NCBI GenBank assembly: GCA_963737265.1
Contig: CAVTRY010000011.1
Location: forward strand, 896,001-960,000
DNA: 64,000 nt
Direction: 5' to 3'
From: an uncultured delta proteobacterium
GTDB lineage: Bacteria; Myxococcota_A; Polyangia; Fen-1088
The notes beneath the pieces were generated by a model. That model was given only the letters and a program-made list of their open reading frames with translations. It was not told the origin of the DNA and did no database searches. This document shows, piece by piece, positions 19,840-30,420 of the stretch (positions within the stretch are counted from its first letter, which is position 1; the number at the start of each line of letters is the position of its first letter). The position numbers and the translations under genes were made by a program.

Positions 19840-20208
19840 CCCCAAAGCCAGACGTTCAGCGAAAAGCGCCTGCAAGAGGCCCACCGCATCCGCTACCAGC
19901 GGGCGCTGGTCGAAGTCATTTCGATGGTCAAGCACGCCGCCAACGACGGCCAGCCGCTCTTGACCGCCGACGAGCGCGTGACGCGCGCCCCCGCCCGCCT
20001 GACCGCCGGCCAGACCTTCACGCCCGACCAGCAAGCCTGGCTGAATCGCATCGGCCAAGCCCTGCGCGAGAACCTTTCGCTAGAGCCGGATGACTTCGGC
20101 ATCCTGCCCATACTCGACCGCGCCGGTGGCCTCGCCGCCGCCCGCAGCGCCTTCGGCAAGAACTTCGACCACTTGATCCGTGACCTGAACGGCGCCGTGG
20201 CGGCGTGA
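19840..20208 (+). pseudogene. C-terminal fragment of type I restriction subunit (EcoEI R-like)
   Basis: KRLQEAHRIRYQRALVEVISMVKHAA...FTPDQQAWLNRI...GGLAAA; no N-terminal part. Confidence 0.65.
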
Positions 20209-20267
20209 CGGGCGTGACGGCGTGACGGCGACACACGTGGCGGACGTGACGGCGACACGTGACGGCG
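20204..20267 (+). repeat. Short CGTGACGG-type tandem repeats
   Basis: Five CGTGACGG units just after the hsdR-fragment stop. Confidence 0.7.
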
Positions 20268-20348
20268 GGTGCCTCCCTGAAACGGGGGCCCCAGCCGGGG
20301 GCTCGGTGAGGTAGCAACTTCTAGCGGAGTGCCGCCGAAAACGCAGAT

Positions 20349-20750
20349 ATGGAACAGCGAGGAACGGAGAAACAGAGACAGGATGACTTTACTGGGCAAA
20401 TTATCGCCGCCTGCATCGAAGTCCACCGTCACCTCGGTCCCGGGCTGCTTGAGTCGGCCTACGAGCACTGCCTGGCGCGCGAGCTAGGCCTGCGTGGATT
20501 TCGCACGCAACGTCAGGTCGCGATTCCTCTGCAGTACAAAGGCATTGACCTCGACTGCGGCTATCGCCTCGACCTCATGGTGGAAGGCCGTTTGGTCGTC
20601 GAAGTCAAGGCGGTAGAGCAGTTGCTTCCTGTCCACTTGGCACAGTCATTACCTATCTCAAGCTCCTACGACTGCCGGTGGGCCTGCTCGTCAATTTCCA
20701 CGTCCCCGTACTTCGCGAGGGTCTCCGCCGCCTCTCAACCCAACCCGTGA
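20349..20750 (+). CDS. GxxExxY family protein (frameshift near 20645) flanked by 25-bp inverted repeats
   Basis: LGPGLLESAYE, YRLDLMVE..VVEVKA. The shifted frame gives YLKL..GLLVNF. IRs at 20353-20377 and 20754-20778. Confidence 0.85.
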   Translation: MEQRGTEKQRQDDFTGQIIAACIEVHRHLGPGLLESAYEHCLARELGLRGFRTQRQVAIPLQYKGIDLDCGYRLDLMVEGRLVVEVKAVEQLLPVHLAQSLPISSSYDCRWACSSISTSPYFARVSAASQPNP

Positions 20751-20796
20751 TCCCTCTGGTCCTCCGTTCCTCCCTGTTTTTCCCTCCGATCCCATT

Positions 20797-20990
20797 CCGG
20801 TTGCCGAGCTGGTGCCGGTGGGCAGCGACTCGCCAGGCGATGCCGACGCTGGCGAGCTGCGCGAGCTGGAGCGCTCCGGGCTCGTACGCCGCGGTCGCGG
20901 AAAGCTTCCGGACGCAATTTTCAAGCCGGGCCCCGCAGTTCGAGGCAAGGGGCGCGATGGCCGCGTTGCTCGACGAGAGATAGTCTGGCC
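20797..20990 (+). pseudogene. Truncated Phd/VapB-like antitoxin
   Basis: PVAELVPV...LRELERSGLVRRG immediately upstream of a PIN gene; no start. Confidence 0.5.
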
Positions 20991-20995
20991 GCTAG

Positions 20996-21376
20996 ATGCG
21001 CTTCTGGGACTCGTCGGCCATCGTCCCCTTGATCGTCGAGGAGGCGACCAGCTCGGCCTGCCGGGCTCTCTTGCGGGCCGACCGGGCCATCGCGGTCTGG
21101 GCGCTGTCGCGCGTCGAGGTACTGTCGGCCATCTGGCGCGAGGTGCGGGCCGGGACGATGGATCGGGCCGCAGCGGTGCAAGCGGGAAGACGCCTGGATG
21201 CCCTGTCCACCGCTTGGACCGAGGTCGACGGGCTTACCACAGTGCGAGCCCGCGCCGAGCGAATCGTGGCCGTGCATCCCTTGCGCGCGGCGGATGCCTT
21301 GCAAATGGCGGCTGCCCTGGTTCTGTCAAAGGAGCGGCCACGCGTACGCAAAGTCCGCAGATGTAAAATCTATTGA
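20996..21376 (+). CDS. VapC/PIN toxin, C-terminus probably truncated
   Basis: FWDSSAIVPL..E, LRAADALQMAAA; the final FxxxD motif is missing. Confidence 0.8.
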   Translation: MRFWDSSAIVPLIVEEATSSACRALLRADRAIAVWALSRVEVLSAIWREVRAGTMDRAAAVQAGRRLDALSTAWTEVDGLTTVRARAERIVAVHPLRAADALQMAAALVLSKERPRVRKVRRCKIY

Positions 21377-21459
21377 ACTCACCCTCGGATAGCATCTCGT
21401 GGGCATTGCTTCGCATGACGGGAGGTTTTGAGAATTCCCCCGAAAGCAACTTTCTCGGT

Positions 21460-21905
21460 TTCTCAACCGCGCCGAACGTCGGGCACGCCTTCGTTTACGT
21501 CTGCACCATCGAGCGCATGGCCATCAACGTGCTCGGCCGCGACGCCATCTTTGGCGTGGGCGACGAAGCCTTCGATACCGATGTGGATCGCCTCGAAATC
21601 CCCATCCACGCCTTCGACCTTATCGTCGCCGACGAATGCCAACGCGGCTACACCTCGGCCGAGGTGTCCGCCTGGCGCGGCACCCTCGATCACTTCGACG
21701 CCATCAAGATCGGGCTCACTGCCACGCCCGCCAAGCACACCACTGGCTACTTCGGCGCGCCCGTGTTCCACTACAGCTACGAGCAGGCGGTGGGCGAGGG
21801 CCACCTGGTCGACTACGACCTGATCTCGATCCGCTCCGACGTGCGCATGACCGGCGTGTTCTTGAAAGAGGGCGAGCAGGTCGAGCGCGTGGATCCCGAG
21901 ACTGT
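21460..21905 (+). pseudogene. Internal fragment of type I restriction HsdR helicase
   Basis: FDLIVADECQRGY, KIGLTATP, YSYEQAVGEGHLVDY. Confidence 0.8.
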
Positions 21906-22160
21906 CCGGGTCGATGGGCCCCAACTGCGCCACTTTCGCTTGTTCTGCCTGCTCGAACGTCACGGAGCCGCGGTGGGGCTCGCAGGTTCCGGCATCGTCA
22001 TCCTTGCCGGCAAGTCCAAGCCCTTTCGGACCGAGTTCTCCGACGAGGACTACAAGAAGGTTCGCGCAGTCGGGGACGAATACATCGCATTACACAAGCT
22101 GAAGCCGGGTGGCGCTGCGCCCGCGACGCGCGCGGGGAAAGACGAAACGAATACGCAGGA

Positions 22161-22183
22161 TTGTGACCCCATCGGGACTTGAA
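22161..22183 (-). repeat. att site (duplicated tRNA-Glu 3' end)
   Basis: Exact match to 42548-42570. Confidence 0.9.
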
Positions 22184-22438
22184 ACGCCTGTAAGCCATTC
22201 AGAAAAAACCCAGGCGCGACGCGGCCTTGCGCTACTTTTCTGAGTGGTTTTCAGGTGTTCGACTCGATGGGGTCGTTCCGTTTCGAGCCGCGTCTATCCG
22301 CAGAAAACCGCCCCAAAGTCGGATTTCATGGCAAAAGCGTGGCAAAAATTTCGGGCGTGGCAAACGACCCGATGGGGTCAGCATTCGCGGTGGACATGAC
22401 CTCGCCGCCCATCTCCGGACCGTGTCAGAATAGGCGCC

Positions 22439-22681
22439 ATGACCACGGCGGAACTGCGCTCTAGCGTGCTGAGCCTCCCCACCGAAGAGCGAGCAGCGCT
22501 GGCCCGTGACCTCATCGCCAGCCTGGACGCCGAAGCCGCCGATCTCAACGCCGACTCCCTTTGGGCCACCGAGATCGATCACCGTGCGCGCGAAGTGGCG
22601 GATGGCAAGGTGGCCTTGGTCGATGCCGATGAAGTCCACGCCGAGGCCGCCAGACGTCTTCGCGCGCTGGCTGGTCGGTGA
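22439..22681 (+). CDS. Putative addiction module antitoxin (TIGR02574-like)
   Basis: LSLPTEERAALARDLIASLD..W..EIDHR; followed only by a few codons of a probable toxin gene. Confidence 0.8.
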   Translation: MTTAELRSSVLSLPTEERAALARDLIASLDAEAADLNADSLWATEIDHRAREVADGKVALVDADEVHAEAARRLRALAGR

Positions 22682-22750
22682 AGGTTCGATCCCCCTGATA
22701 CCCGCAACGAAACGCAAGATGCGCAGTCGTGGTAGGCTTGTCGCAAGCTC

Positions 22751-23002
22751 ATGGTCACGGTTCAAGTGCAACTCCCCGAGGAAACCTTCTCGGCGCTTCG
22801 TCGGTCTCCCGACGAAATGGCCGGCGATCTGCGTCTTGCTGCCGCCGTGCACTGGTACTCGCGCGGCCTCATCTCGCAAGAGCGCGCTGCACAGCTGGCC
22901 GGGCTTGACCGCACGGATTTCATCCTGGCCCTCGCCCGCGAGGGTGTGGACGCCTTCGCAGTGGACATGAACTCGCTCAGGCGAGAACTGGCCGATGGCT
23001 GA
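22751..23002 (+). CDS. UPF0175 family antitoxin
   Basis: LRLAAAVHWY..ISQERAAQLAGLDRTDF. Confidence 0.88.
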   Translation: MVTVQVQLPEETFSALRRSPDEMAGDLRLAAAVHWYSRGLISQERAAQLAGLDRTDFILALAREGVDAFAVDMNSLRRELADG

Positions 23003-23480
23003 CCAGGCCGTTGTCAACGCATCACCGCTCATCTGCCTGAGTCGCGCCGGTCTGGTAGATCTGCTTCGGCAGGCGGCGAAGACGATCATCGTGCCGGCGG
23101 CGGTGGCACGCGAGATCCTAGCGCGCGGCCCGAGCGACGTGACGGCCAACGCAGTGGCCACGGCCACGTGGATGAAGCAGGCCGATGACATCGCCATACC
23201 GTCCAACGTCCTGGCGTGGGATCTCGGCGCCGGTGAATCGTCCGTGTTGGCGTGGGCGCTTTCCCACCCGGGAACGCCTGCCATCATTGACGACCTTCAA
23301 GGCCGCCGTTGTGCAGAATCCTTGGGCATCACCTTGCGCGGCACCGTAGGCCTCGTCTTGCGCGCCCGCCGCTCCGGACTGATCGATTCGGCCCGCGCCG
23401 CCCTCGAACGTCTGCGCCGAGGTGGAATGTACCTCTCGGATCGCCTCTGCGTCGAAGTGCTGAAAGAAGTAGGCGAATAG
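22995..23480 (+). CDS. DUF3368 PIN-domain protein
   Basis: VVNASPLI, LGAGE, IIDD, GTVGLV. Confidence 0.88.
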   Translation: MADQAVVNASPLICLSRAGLVDLLRQAAKTIIVPAAVAREILARGPSDVTANAVATATWMKQADDIAIPSNVLAWDLGAGESSVLAWALSHPGTPAIIDDLQGRRCAESLGITLRGTVGLVLRARRSGLIDSARAALERLRRGGMYLSDRLCVEVLKEVGE

Positions 23481-23584
23481 CAGGAGGCAAACCACGCGGC
23501 CGAGGTCGTCAGAGGTAGCGACTCGTTCTAGTCTGTCTTCCGCGTGTCTGGCAGGCATCCGTCACTAGAGATGCCGCGCGCTGA

Positions 23585-24142
23585 CAGACGCGCGCAGCGT
23601 GCCGACGATGCGGGAAACCGCGCTCTTCGACAGCGGGGCATCCTTGAGCAATGGCCGAAGCGCCCCGCGAATTCGACGACTATTGCCACCAGCCAAGTAC
23701 ACGCCAGCGATGGCCTCGTTGATCTCTGGCATGCGGCGCTGGTAGCGCGGAACGATGCTCGAACGCCACTCCTCGTTGCCACCGTCGTCTCGCAGCAGGC
23801 GCCCGCGTGGCAGTGTCAATTCCACCGGCCCGGTCGGGCACGTGAGCGTCCTGGACTTGCTCCCGTTTCGATAGCCACTGCGTTCGGCGCCGCGCTCGTA
23901 CGCGGCTACGCCCAACACGGCCTGCAATTCCTCTTCGACAGCCTGCTCGATGGTCCTGCGAACCGCTTGATGGATCAGTGAACCAAGCGAGACTTCATCA
24001 GCCCCAACTGGACGTAGATTCCTGGTAAATTTCTTCACGGCGCATTCCTTTCCTTGGTTGCGTCCGGCATGGTGCCGGACTGCGTTTCACACCCAGGAGA
24101 ATGCGCCTCCTTTCAAATTTCCACACGACTCGGGACGGAACC
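23585..24142 (-). mobile_element. Truncated IS256-family element (transposase N-terminus and one end)
   Basis: ORF 23565-24038 has YER...GYRNG..RTL..TGPVELTLPRGR and LSKSAVSRI. Probable IR GGTTCCGTCCCGAGTCGTGTGG ends at 24142. Confidence 0.8.
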
Positions 24143-24216
24143 TGGCTTTACGTAAGGCGTCCCTTCATGTATACGTTTCCACGCAGTTCGGTTGGCCTGG
24201 ACGCGGAGAAACTCCA

Positions 24217-25235
24217 TGAATCGCATGTTCCCTACGAAGTTCAGACTGGCTTCTGCATCGGTGGTTTCAGCCATGGCTATTCTTGCGTCCTTGTGCCCAA
24301 GAACCAGCGCCGCTGAAAAGCGAACGCACGAGCTATTCGCCGTATTGACTGACGCGGAAACGAATACGCCCGTCCCGTCAGTCAGGATAATGCTGGCGCC
24401 CCAAAAAGGTAATCACGAATGCACGATTGATACCAGACTCACGGGGATCAGCAACGAAAAGGGTGAAGTTCTGATTCCAAATGTCAAACCTGGCGAATAC
24501 ATCGTTTTCCAAAGTCCATCAGGGTCTCTCAACCCGGAACTGAACGGAAAGGTGGTGACCTGGATGCCTTCTTCAGGTGGCTACGGCTTCTCGTTCGGTG
24601 CCGTGAGGGCCACCAAGGGCAACATGGTGATCACTTCCGAAGGCGATCTCGGGATCGCCAATGGATACATGGAAGCGCAAGTAGCCGCTGGGGACGACGG
24701 CATACTAGGCATCAGCACAACTGCCAAAGGAAGCTTGTCAACGGTGCGGACGCCTTGGACTAAAGGAGACCACCTAATCATCGTGACTAAGGCTGCCCAC
24801 ACGGACCTGCGTGCGCCATCACCGCCGAAAGAGAAATCGCCCGTGCCCTCTGCGCCTATGACTTCCTCGGTTCGGACATCGGTGTCTGCATCCGCGTCGC
24901 ACCTGGCCGGAGCGGCTGAGAACCCCGGTGAGACGTTCAAAGCGGTTGGGCTCGTCTGGCAGAAACAGCCACGCGATATGAACTGGAACGACGCCGCAGC
25001 ATACTGTGCGAGGCTGTCTGGGGGCCACTGGCGGTTACCGTCGCTCGAAGAACTCTCGGCGCTGGCGAAAAGCCACTCCATCGCGGCGGAGCCCCAGGGG
25101 ACGTCGCATGGGTGGTACTGGTCCTCTTCGGCGAAAGGGGACGTCGCGTGGTACGTGAGCTTCATCGAGCGTTACGAGGGGTCCAGTATGTCCTATACGG
25201 CATACGGCGTGCTGTCCGTCCGATGTGTCCGTTAA
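24217..25235 (+). CDS. Secreted protein with C-terminal DUF1566 (Lcl/CLec-like) domain
   Basis: Signal-like N-terminus; GLVWQ, MNWNDAAAYC, WRLPSLEEL, YWSSS, VRCVR. Confidence 0.85.
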
Positions 25236-25576
25236 GCGTCGATTTCGCTCGACGTGTGAGAGTCTGGGTTGGCGATACAACGTACTTGCCTGTGATCGGT
25301 GGTTTCATCTTCCTGGTCGTGTTCATCGACCTCTTCTCACGCAAGGTGGTTGGTTGGTCGCTGGGTGACCGCCTTGATGCCGATTTGTCGAGAGAGGCAC
25401 TTCTTCATCGCCGGTGGTCCCGAAAATGGGGATGGCGGCTTGGTGCCGAAATTCGGGCGGGCGGCGGAGCAGCGATGGTGGGCGGGCCATCGCGGTTTAA
25501 GAGGCCGAAATGGAAAGGGCACGGGAAGTCGCGCCTGGGCGACTTCCCGTGCTCTTGGGACAGATTGGGCTGACGA

Positions 25577-26362
25577 CTAATCGTCGAGGGGAGCGCCGAC
25601 GATCTCCTTTGGGGCGCGGCAGCTTTTGCCTGTGAAGCGAAGGATGGTAGCGCGGTCGACCAGGCGGTCGACGGTGGAGACGGCGGAGGCTTCGGAGGGA
25701 AAGGCGTTCTTCCATTGCTGAAAGCCGGTATTGGCGGTGAGCACGATCGAGCCCTGGCCGTGTCTGGCACCGACGACGCGGAACAGGTAGTTGGTGGTGT
25801 GGGTGTCAAAGGCCTGGTAGGCGAATTCGTCGATGAGCAGCAGCGCCGGCTTGACGTAGCGGCGCAGGGCCCGGCGGAAGGTGCCGTCGGCCTGCGAGGC
25901 GTGGAGGTCTTCAAGCATGTCGGCGCAGAGGACGCAGAGGGTGGAGTGACCAGCGATGCAGGCTGCGTGGGCCAGGGCCTTGGCGATGCGGGTCTTGCCG
26001 GTGCCGGGTTTGCCGAGACAGAGGACGTTGCGGCGCTCCTCGACGAATCGGCAGTTGACCAGCTCGTTGACCACGCGGGGCTCGAGTTGTGGCCGAATCT
26101 GAAAGTCGAATCCGTCGAGTCCCTCGACCGTGCCGAGGCGCGATCGACGCAAGCTGCGCTCAAGACGGCGCTCGCGGCGGGCATCGGTCTCGGCACGAAG
26201 CAAGGCACCGGCAAAGGCCGTGAAGGCCATGCCCTCCTGTTCAGCACGGCGAAGCATGCTGGGCAAGGCTGCGGACAGTGTGGTCAGGTCCAGGTCGATG
26301 GCGAGTTGGACCAGCTCATCGACGGGATCTGGAGCCGGTGGGCGGTGGCGACTACGAGCCAT
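25577..26362 (-). CDS. istB: IstB-like AAA+ ATPase
   Basis: FDF, GKPGTGKT, LLLIDEFAY, DRLVD. Confidence 0.92.
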   Translation of the reverse strand: MARSRHRPPAPDPVDELVQLAIDLDLTTLSAALPSMLRRAEQEGMAFTAFAGALLRAETDARRERRLERSLRRSRLGTVEGLDGFDFQIRPQLEPRVVNELVNCRFVEERRNVLCLGKPGTGKTRIAKALAHAACIAGHSTLCVLCADMLEDLHASQADGTFRRALRRYVKPALLLIDEFAYQAFDTHTTNYLFRVVGARHGQGSIVLTANTGFQQWKNAFPSEASAVSTVDRLVDRATILRFTGKSCRAPKEIVGAPLDD

Positions 26363-28052
26363 GATTGTCCTCCTCAGGGAGCGCGACTGACAAGGTGGCG
26401 TTCCCGTGGCTCGCTTCTTGGTGGCCAGGCTGGGCGTCGAGGTCGGCAAATGCGTCGAGAGAGGGCGCCTCGATCTCGCCAAGGATGGTGGGACCGCATC
26501 CGAAAAGTGGCGAGACAGCGTCGATGTCGGGCAGCGGCTCGGCCTGCTGGTCGAGGATGCGTTCGACGGCGGTGGCATCGAAACGGCGAAAGTGCTGGAC
26601 CCTGGTGGCGGCGACACGAAAAGCGTCTTCGCCGAAGCGGTCGCACAAACGCAGCAGGGCGCGGATGTGGATGGGCGCGAGGGTCTTCATGCGGCACTTG
26701 AGGCCATCGACCAAAGGAGCGAGGTCGGGAAAGCGACGTAGGAAGGCCTCGTCGAGGCGGTCGCCACCGTCGACCAGGCCCCGACCAAATCCGCGTCGTG
26801 GGAGATTGGCGTAGTGGGTCTCGTCGATGACGAGACGGCCCTTCTGCTCGTCGGGGACGTAGATGCGGGAAAAGGCGACGCAGCCGTGCGGGTCGAGGAC
26901 GTCGAAGTGCTCGGCAAAGAGCCGTACGGCGACTGAACGGCCCGCCAGTGCGGCGGGCACCGTGTACCTGGTCCCGTGGATCGAGAGAGTGGAGTCGCGA
27001 TCGACGATCCGTGGGGCGCTCTCGTGGACCGGGAAGCGGTCTCGGGGTAAGCGGATGAGCAGGGCGTGTTCCTCGCTGTCCCAGACCTCGTTGGGGACGC
27101 GCCGGGTGGTTCCGTGGACGCGGAGGTTGCCGAGAGTTGGAGTTTCGTCGAGCCAGCGGCGACAGCGCGCGTGCAGGTCGTCCCAGGAGGCGAATTCGGT
27201 GCCCTTGACGAAATCGTCCCAGACGAGGCGGAAGGACTTCTCCTTCTTGCCCTTGCGATCTGGGTCGCGGACTTTGCAGGCGAAGGCATCCATGCCGTAG
27301 TGGCGGACGAAGTCAGCGAAGCGGTCATGCCACAGGGGCTTGCGCCCAGAGCCTATGCGGCCGAGGACCGCAGTCGACATGTTGTCCAGGACCAGCCGAT
27401 GTGCGACGCCGTCAAAGTACTCGAAGGCGCTGGCAAGCCCCTCAAGTAGAGTCGACTGGCGCTCGTCACGGTAGAAGTGGAGGAAGAGTTTGCGCGAGTA
27501 GCACAGGAGGCAGCCGAGGACATGTACCTTCACCGGTCGGCCCGCTATCAGGATTTCGTAGGGGCTCCAGTCGATCTGCATCTCGACCGCGGGACCAGTC
27601 TCGAAACGGCGCTTGGTGGTTGGCTTCCGTGGTAGCACCGTCATCTCGGCGCGGAGCTTGCGGAGGTGTTCGGCCAAGATCGTCCGGCCGCCCGAGTACC
27701 CCATTCCCGTGATCTCGCGCAGGATGCGGGTGGCCGTCAGGTCTTTCTGTACTCGATCGGCAATGGGCTCGTAGAATGGCTGAAGCTTGCTGTGAGCCAG
27801 CAGGGGCGTGTGCAGCGTCGCCAGCAGCCCTCGCTCTCGCAAGACCCGCTCGACCATCTGTCGAGTCAAGTTCGTGCGTTTGGCAATCTTCCGACTGCCG
27901 TAGAATGGGTGCAACTCCACAATTTTCTCGAGTTGCTCCAGGGTGAGCGTGCGCCGCGGCCGGCCCCGTTTGAGTTGCGGTGGCGCCGCCGGGGGTGGAT
28001 TCACAGGCGGTGAGCGGAGGGCTTCCGGCGGGTCTTTCGTGTCCATGTTCAT
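26352..28052 (-). CDS. istA: IS21-family DDE transposase
   Basis: RFETGPAVEMQIDW, LVLDNM, KGKKE, RVHGTT; AAAGGA RBS. Confidence 0.92.
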   Translation of the reverse strand: MNMDTKDPPEALRSPPVNPPPAAPPQLKRGRPRRTLTLEQLEKIVELHPFYGSRKIAKRTNLTRQMVERVLRERGLLATLHTPLLAHSKLQPFYEPIADRVQKDLTATRILREITGMGYSGGRTILAEHLRKLRAEMTVLPRKPTTKRRFETGPAVEMQIDWSPYEILIAGRPVKVHVLGCLLCYSRKLFLHFYRDERQSTLLEGLASAFEYFDGVAHRLVLDNMSTAVLGRIGSGRKPLWHDRFADFVRHYGMDAFACKVRDPDRKGKKEKSFRLVWDDFVKGTEFASWDDLHARCRRWLDETPTLGNLRVHGTTRRVPNEVWDSEEHALLIRLPRDRFPVHESAPRIVDRDSTLSIHGTRYTVPAALAGRSVAVRLFAEHFDVLDPHGCVAFSRIYVPDEQKGRLVIDETHYANLPRRGFGRGLVDGGDRLDEAFLRRFPDLAPLVDGLKCRMKTLAPIHIRALLRLCDRFGEDAFRVAATRVQHFRRFDATAVERILDQQAEPLPDIDAVSPLFGCGPTILGEIEAPSLDAFADLDAQPGHQEASHGNATLSVALPEEDNHGS

Positions 28053-30420
28053 AGGGGTCCTTTCTCGTGGTGGATGGCCGAGGCCAAAGCTTGGCGTCGG
28101 CACTCAGGGTGGTCGCGGTCCGTCCAAGGTCGTCGAGGACGGCGCGGAAGAGCGCTTCCAGGCGTCGCCGCTCCGGTGGCGCCAGATCGCTCGGCAGATG
28201 GAAATTCGCGAGCTCGTGTAGCGTCTTGCGAAAGTGGGCCAGCGTGTCCGTCAGGACCGACGCTCGCGTCGAAAGCGAGGCTGACGTCGTAGCCGGTGCC
28301 AGTTGCCCGAGCGGATCATCAATCAGGCAGCGGCGATCCGCGGGATCGGCGGCCCGGTAGGCGGCGACCAGTGCGAGCGCTCTTCGGGTGGGTACATGGT
28401 GGTGTGTGATGGCGGCAAGCACCGTGGCCTGGTCCTGTCGCCCGAGCGGAGCCAGCGCTTCGGCGAGCGATGGGCCAATACGCCCTTGCGCCAGCGCCGC
28501 GCTCGCCTCCGCGCCGAGTGAAGTGGACCCCTTTGGTAGGACCAGAAATGGCCCGAGCTAAGAGAGAGTCCGCGTGGGTTTGTTTGTAGATCCGGGTGAG
28601 CCTCGCCGGCAAGGAAATTGTTGAGAGCGGAGGCATGCTGATGGCTGCTGTCCACGGATGCAATGCGCGCACGGCCCCACAGAAGCAGGTGAACGCGTTG
28701 CAGTTGTGGGCAGCGTGCCATCAGCATGATGCAGCGGCGATTTAGGCGGCCTCTTTCATCGCCGACTTCTTTAGTTCGAATTCGTAAAACGCTACGGGTG
28801 TCTGAAATCCAAGGGTTTGGTGAGGCCGCCTGTGGTTGTACTTGTCCAGGTAGATCGCGATGCCACTGCGGGCGTCGGCCACGTCTCGGTAGTCGTTCAA
28901 GTAGACCTCCTCGCATTTGACAGACCGCCATAGACGCTCGAACGAAGATGTTGTCCATGAATCGGCCGCGACCGTCCATGCTGACCTTTACGCCCTTGTC
29001 CAGCAAAACCGATGTGAAGTTGTCGTCGGTAAACTGCGACCCCTGGTCGGTGTTGAAGATCTCCGGCAAGCCGAAGTTCGCAAGAGCTTCTTCCACGACC
29101 TCGATGCAAAAACGGCTGTCCATCGTGTTTGAAATGCGCCAGGACAGAACCCGGCGCGTGTACCAATCCATCACGGCGACCAGGTAGCAATGCCCCTGTC
29201 TCGTCGGGATGTACGTGATATCCGAGGCCCACACCTGATTGGGCCGAATGATCGCGAGATGGCGCAGCAAGTACGGGAATTTCGTATGTTCCGGCGCGGG
29301 CACGGTCGTCCGTGGTTTGGGCGCCAGCGCTTCGATGCCCATGATTCGCATCAGTCTCTGCACCCGTTTGCGATTCACCGTCTGCCCCTGTGCCTTTAGC
29401 AACCGTGACAGCTTCCGGCTGCCGAATGCTGGCAATTCGAGATGCAGCTTGTCCAGCTCCTTGCAGATGGCCAGATCTTCCTCTGCCATCGGCATCGGCT
29501 CCCAGTAGATGCCCGATCTCGCAAGATTCAGCAGCTCGCACTGCCGACGGACAGATAGGTCGTTGTGGGGCTCGATCATGGCGCGCTTCTCCGTCAGCGA
29601 ATGCGCGCGAGCCCGCGTGCTAAAAAATCATTCTCCAGCGTCAGCTGCCCCACCTTGCGCAGCAATTCCGATTCGCGTTCGGCGTTCGCCGATTCCTCTG
29701 CATTTGCATGGCCTGGTTCGAAAACCATGGCCAGCCGTGTGACGGCTTCCTTCTTCCACTTGTGAACCAGGTTCGGGTTGATCTTGTATCGGCGCCCGAT
29801 CTCCACAACCGTTGCCTGCTCCCGCATGGCTTCGAGAGCTACCTGCGCCTTGAAGAGTGCTGTGTGCTTTTGGCGGTTCGTTTTCATCGTGTCCTGCCTC
29901 GTTGTTGAGGCGGACTACACCTTAGCTCCTGGTCCCATTTTTGGGGTCCACTTCAGAGATGTCTGGCCAATAGCAGCCGCCGCTCTACCCAGTCAGTCTT
30001 GCGTCCGCAAAGAAGCGCCACTGCCCGCGCTGACAGCTCGTCCTCGTCGACCAAGGAGGCGACGACCCGTGCCTCGTCGAGCGCGGTCAAGGAGCGCGGT
30101 GGGGCATTGGCGGCCAGCATGGTGCGCTTGTGGTCGATGCGCGAGGCCGATATCTCCAGCATCACTGGCACGTGACTGTGGCCTTGCGCCCGCCAGCGAC
30201 TGAGACGCTTGAACCCGTCAAGCACCTCGTAATGGCCATCTTCCGTCTGCGCCACCCGTACCGGCAGCTCTGCCGTGAGCATTTCCGTGGGTGCAAGACA
30301 GCCGGGACGGAGGTGCGCATAGCTTGTCCGTAGATTGGACACGGGCAGAAAGCACACTGCCCCAGCCACCTCGTCCGGCACACGCGCTTGTGGCGCAGGC
30401 AGGTCGACCGGGGCGTTCAC
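28053..30420 (-). pseudogene. ParB-like (ParB/Srx N-domain + HTH) gene interrupted by an IS3 element
   Basis: YEVLDGFKR, LTALDEA, HTH. After removing the IS the frame reads LARHL|GAEARAALAQGRI. The 3' end is uncertain because the frame stays open into istA. Confidence 0.8.
28519..29955 (-). mobile_element. IS3-family element, copy 1 (orfA 29594-29887, orfB from 29579)
   Basis: TGAAGTGGACCCC IRs, 3-bp TSD GAG, WASDITY and NTDQGSQF motifs. Confidence 0.93.

Noticed and set aside
20204-20267. CGTGACGG repeats as a CRISPR array or iterons
   Set aside because: Units are 8 bp with no spacers and no cas or rep gene is adjacent.
22439-23480. Integron cassette array of TA genes
   Set aside because: No attC-like repeated palindromes were recognised, and the integrase is phage-type with a tRNA att site.
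23540-23585. Possible IS end (TGTCAG on the minus strand) truncating the IS256 fragment
   Set aside because: No matching second end or transposase was found; too weak to call.
24950-25235. DUF1566 C-terminus as a diversity-generating retroelement target
   Set aside because: No reverse transcriptase and no adenine-variant template repeat was seen in the window; a remote DGR cannot be excluded.
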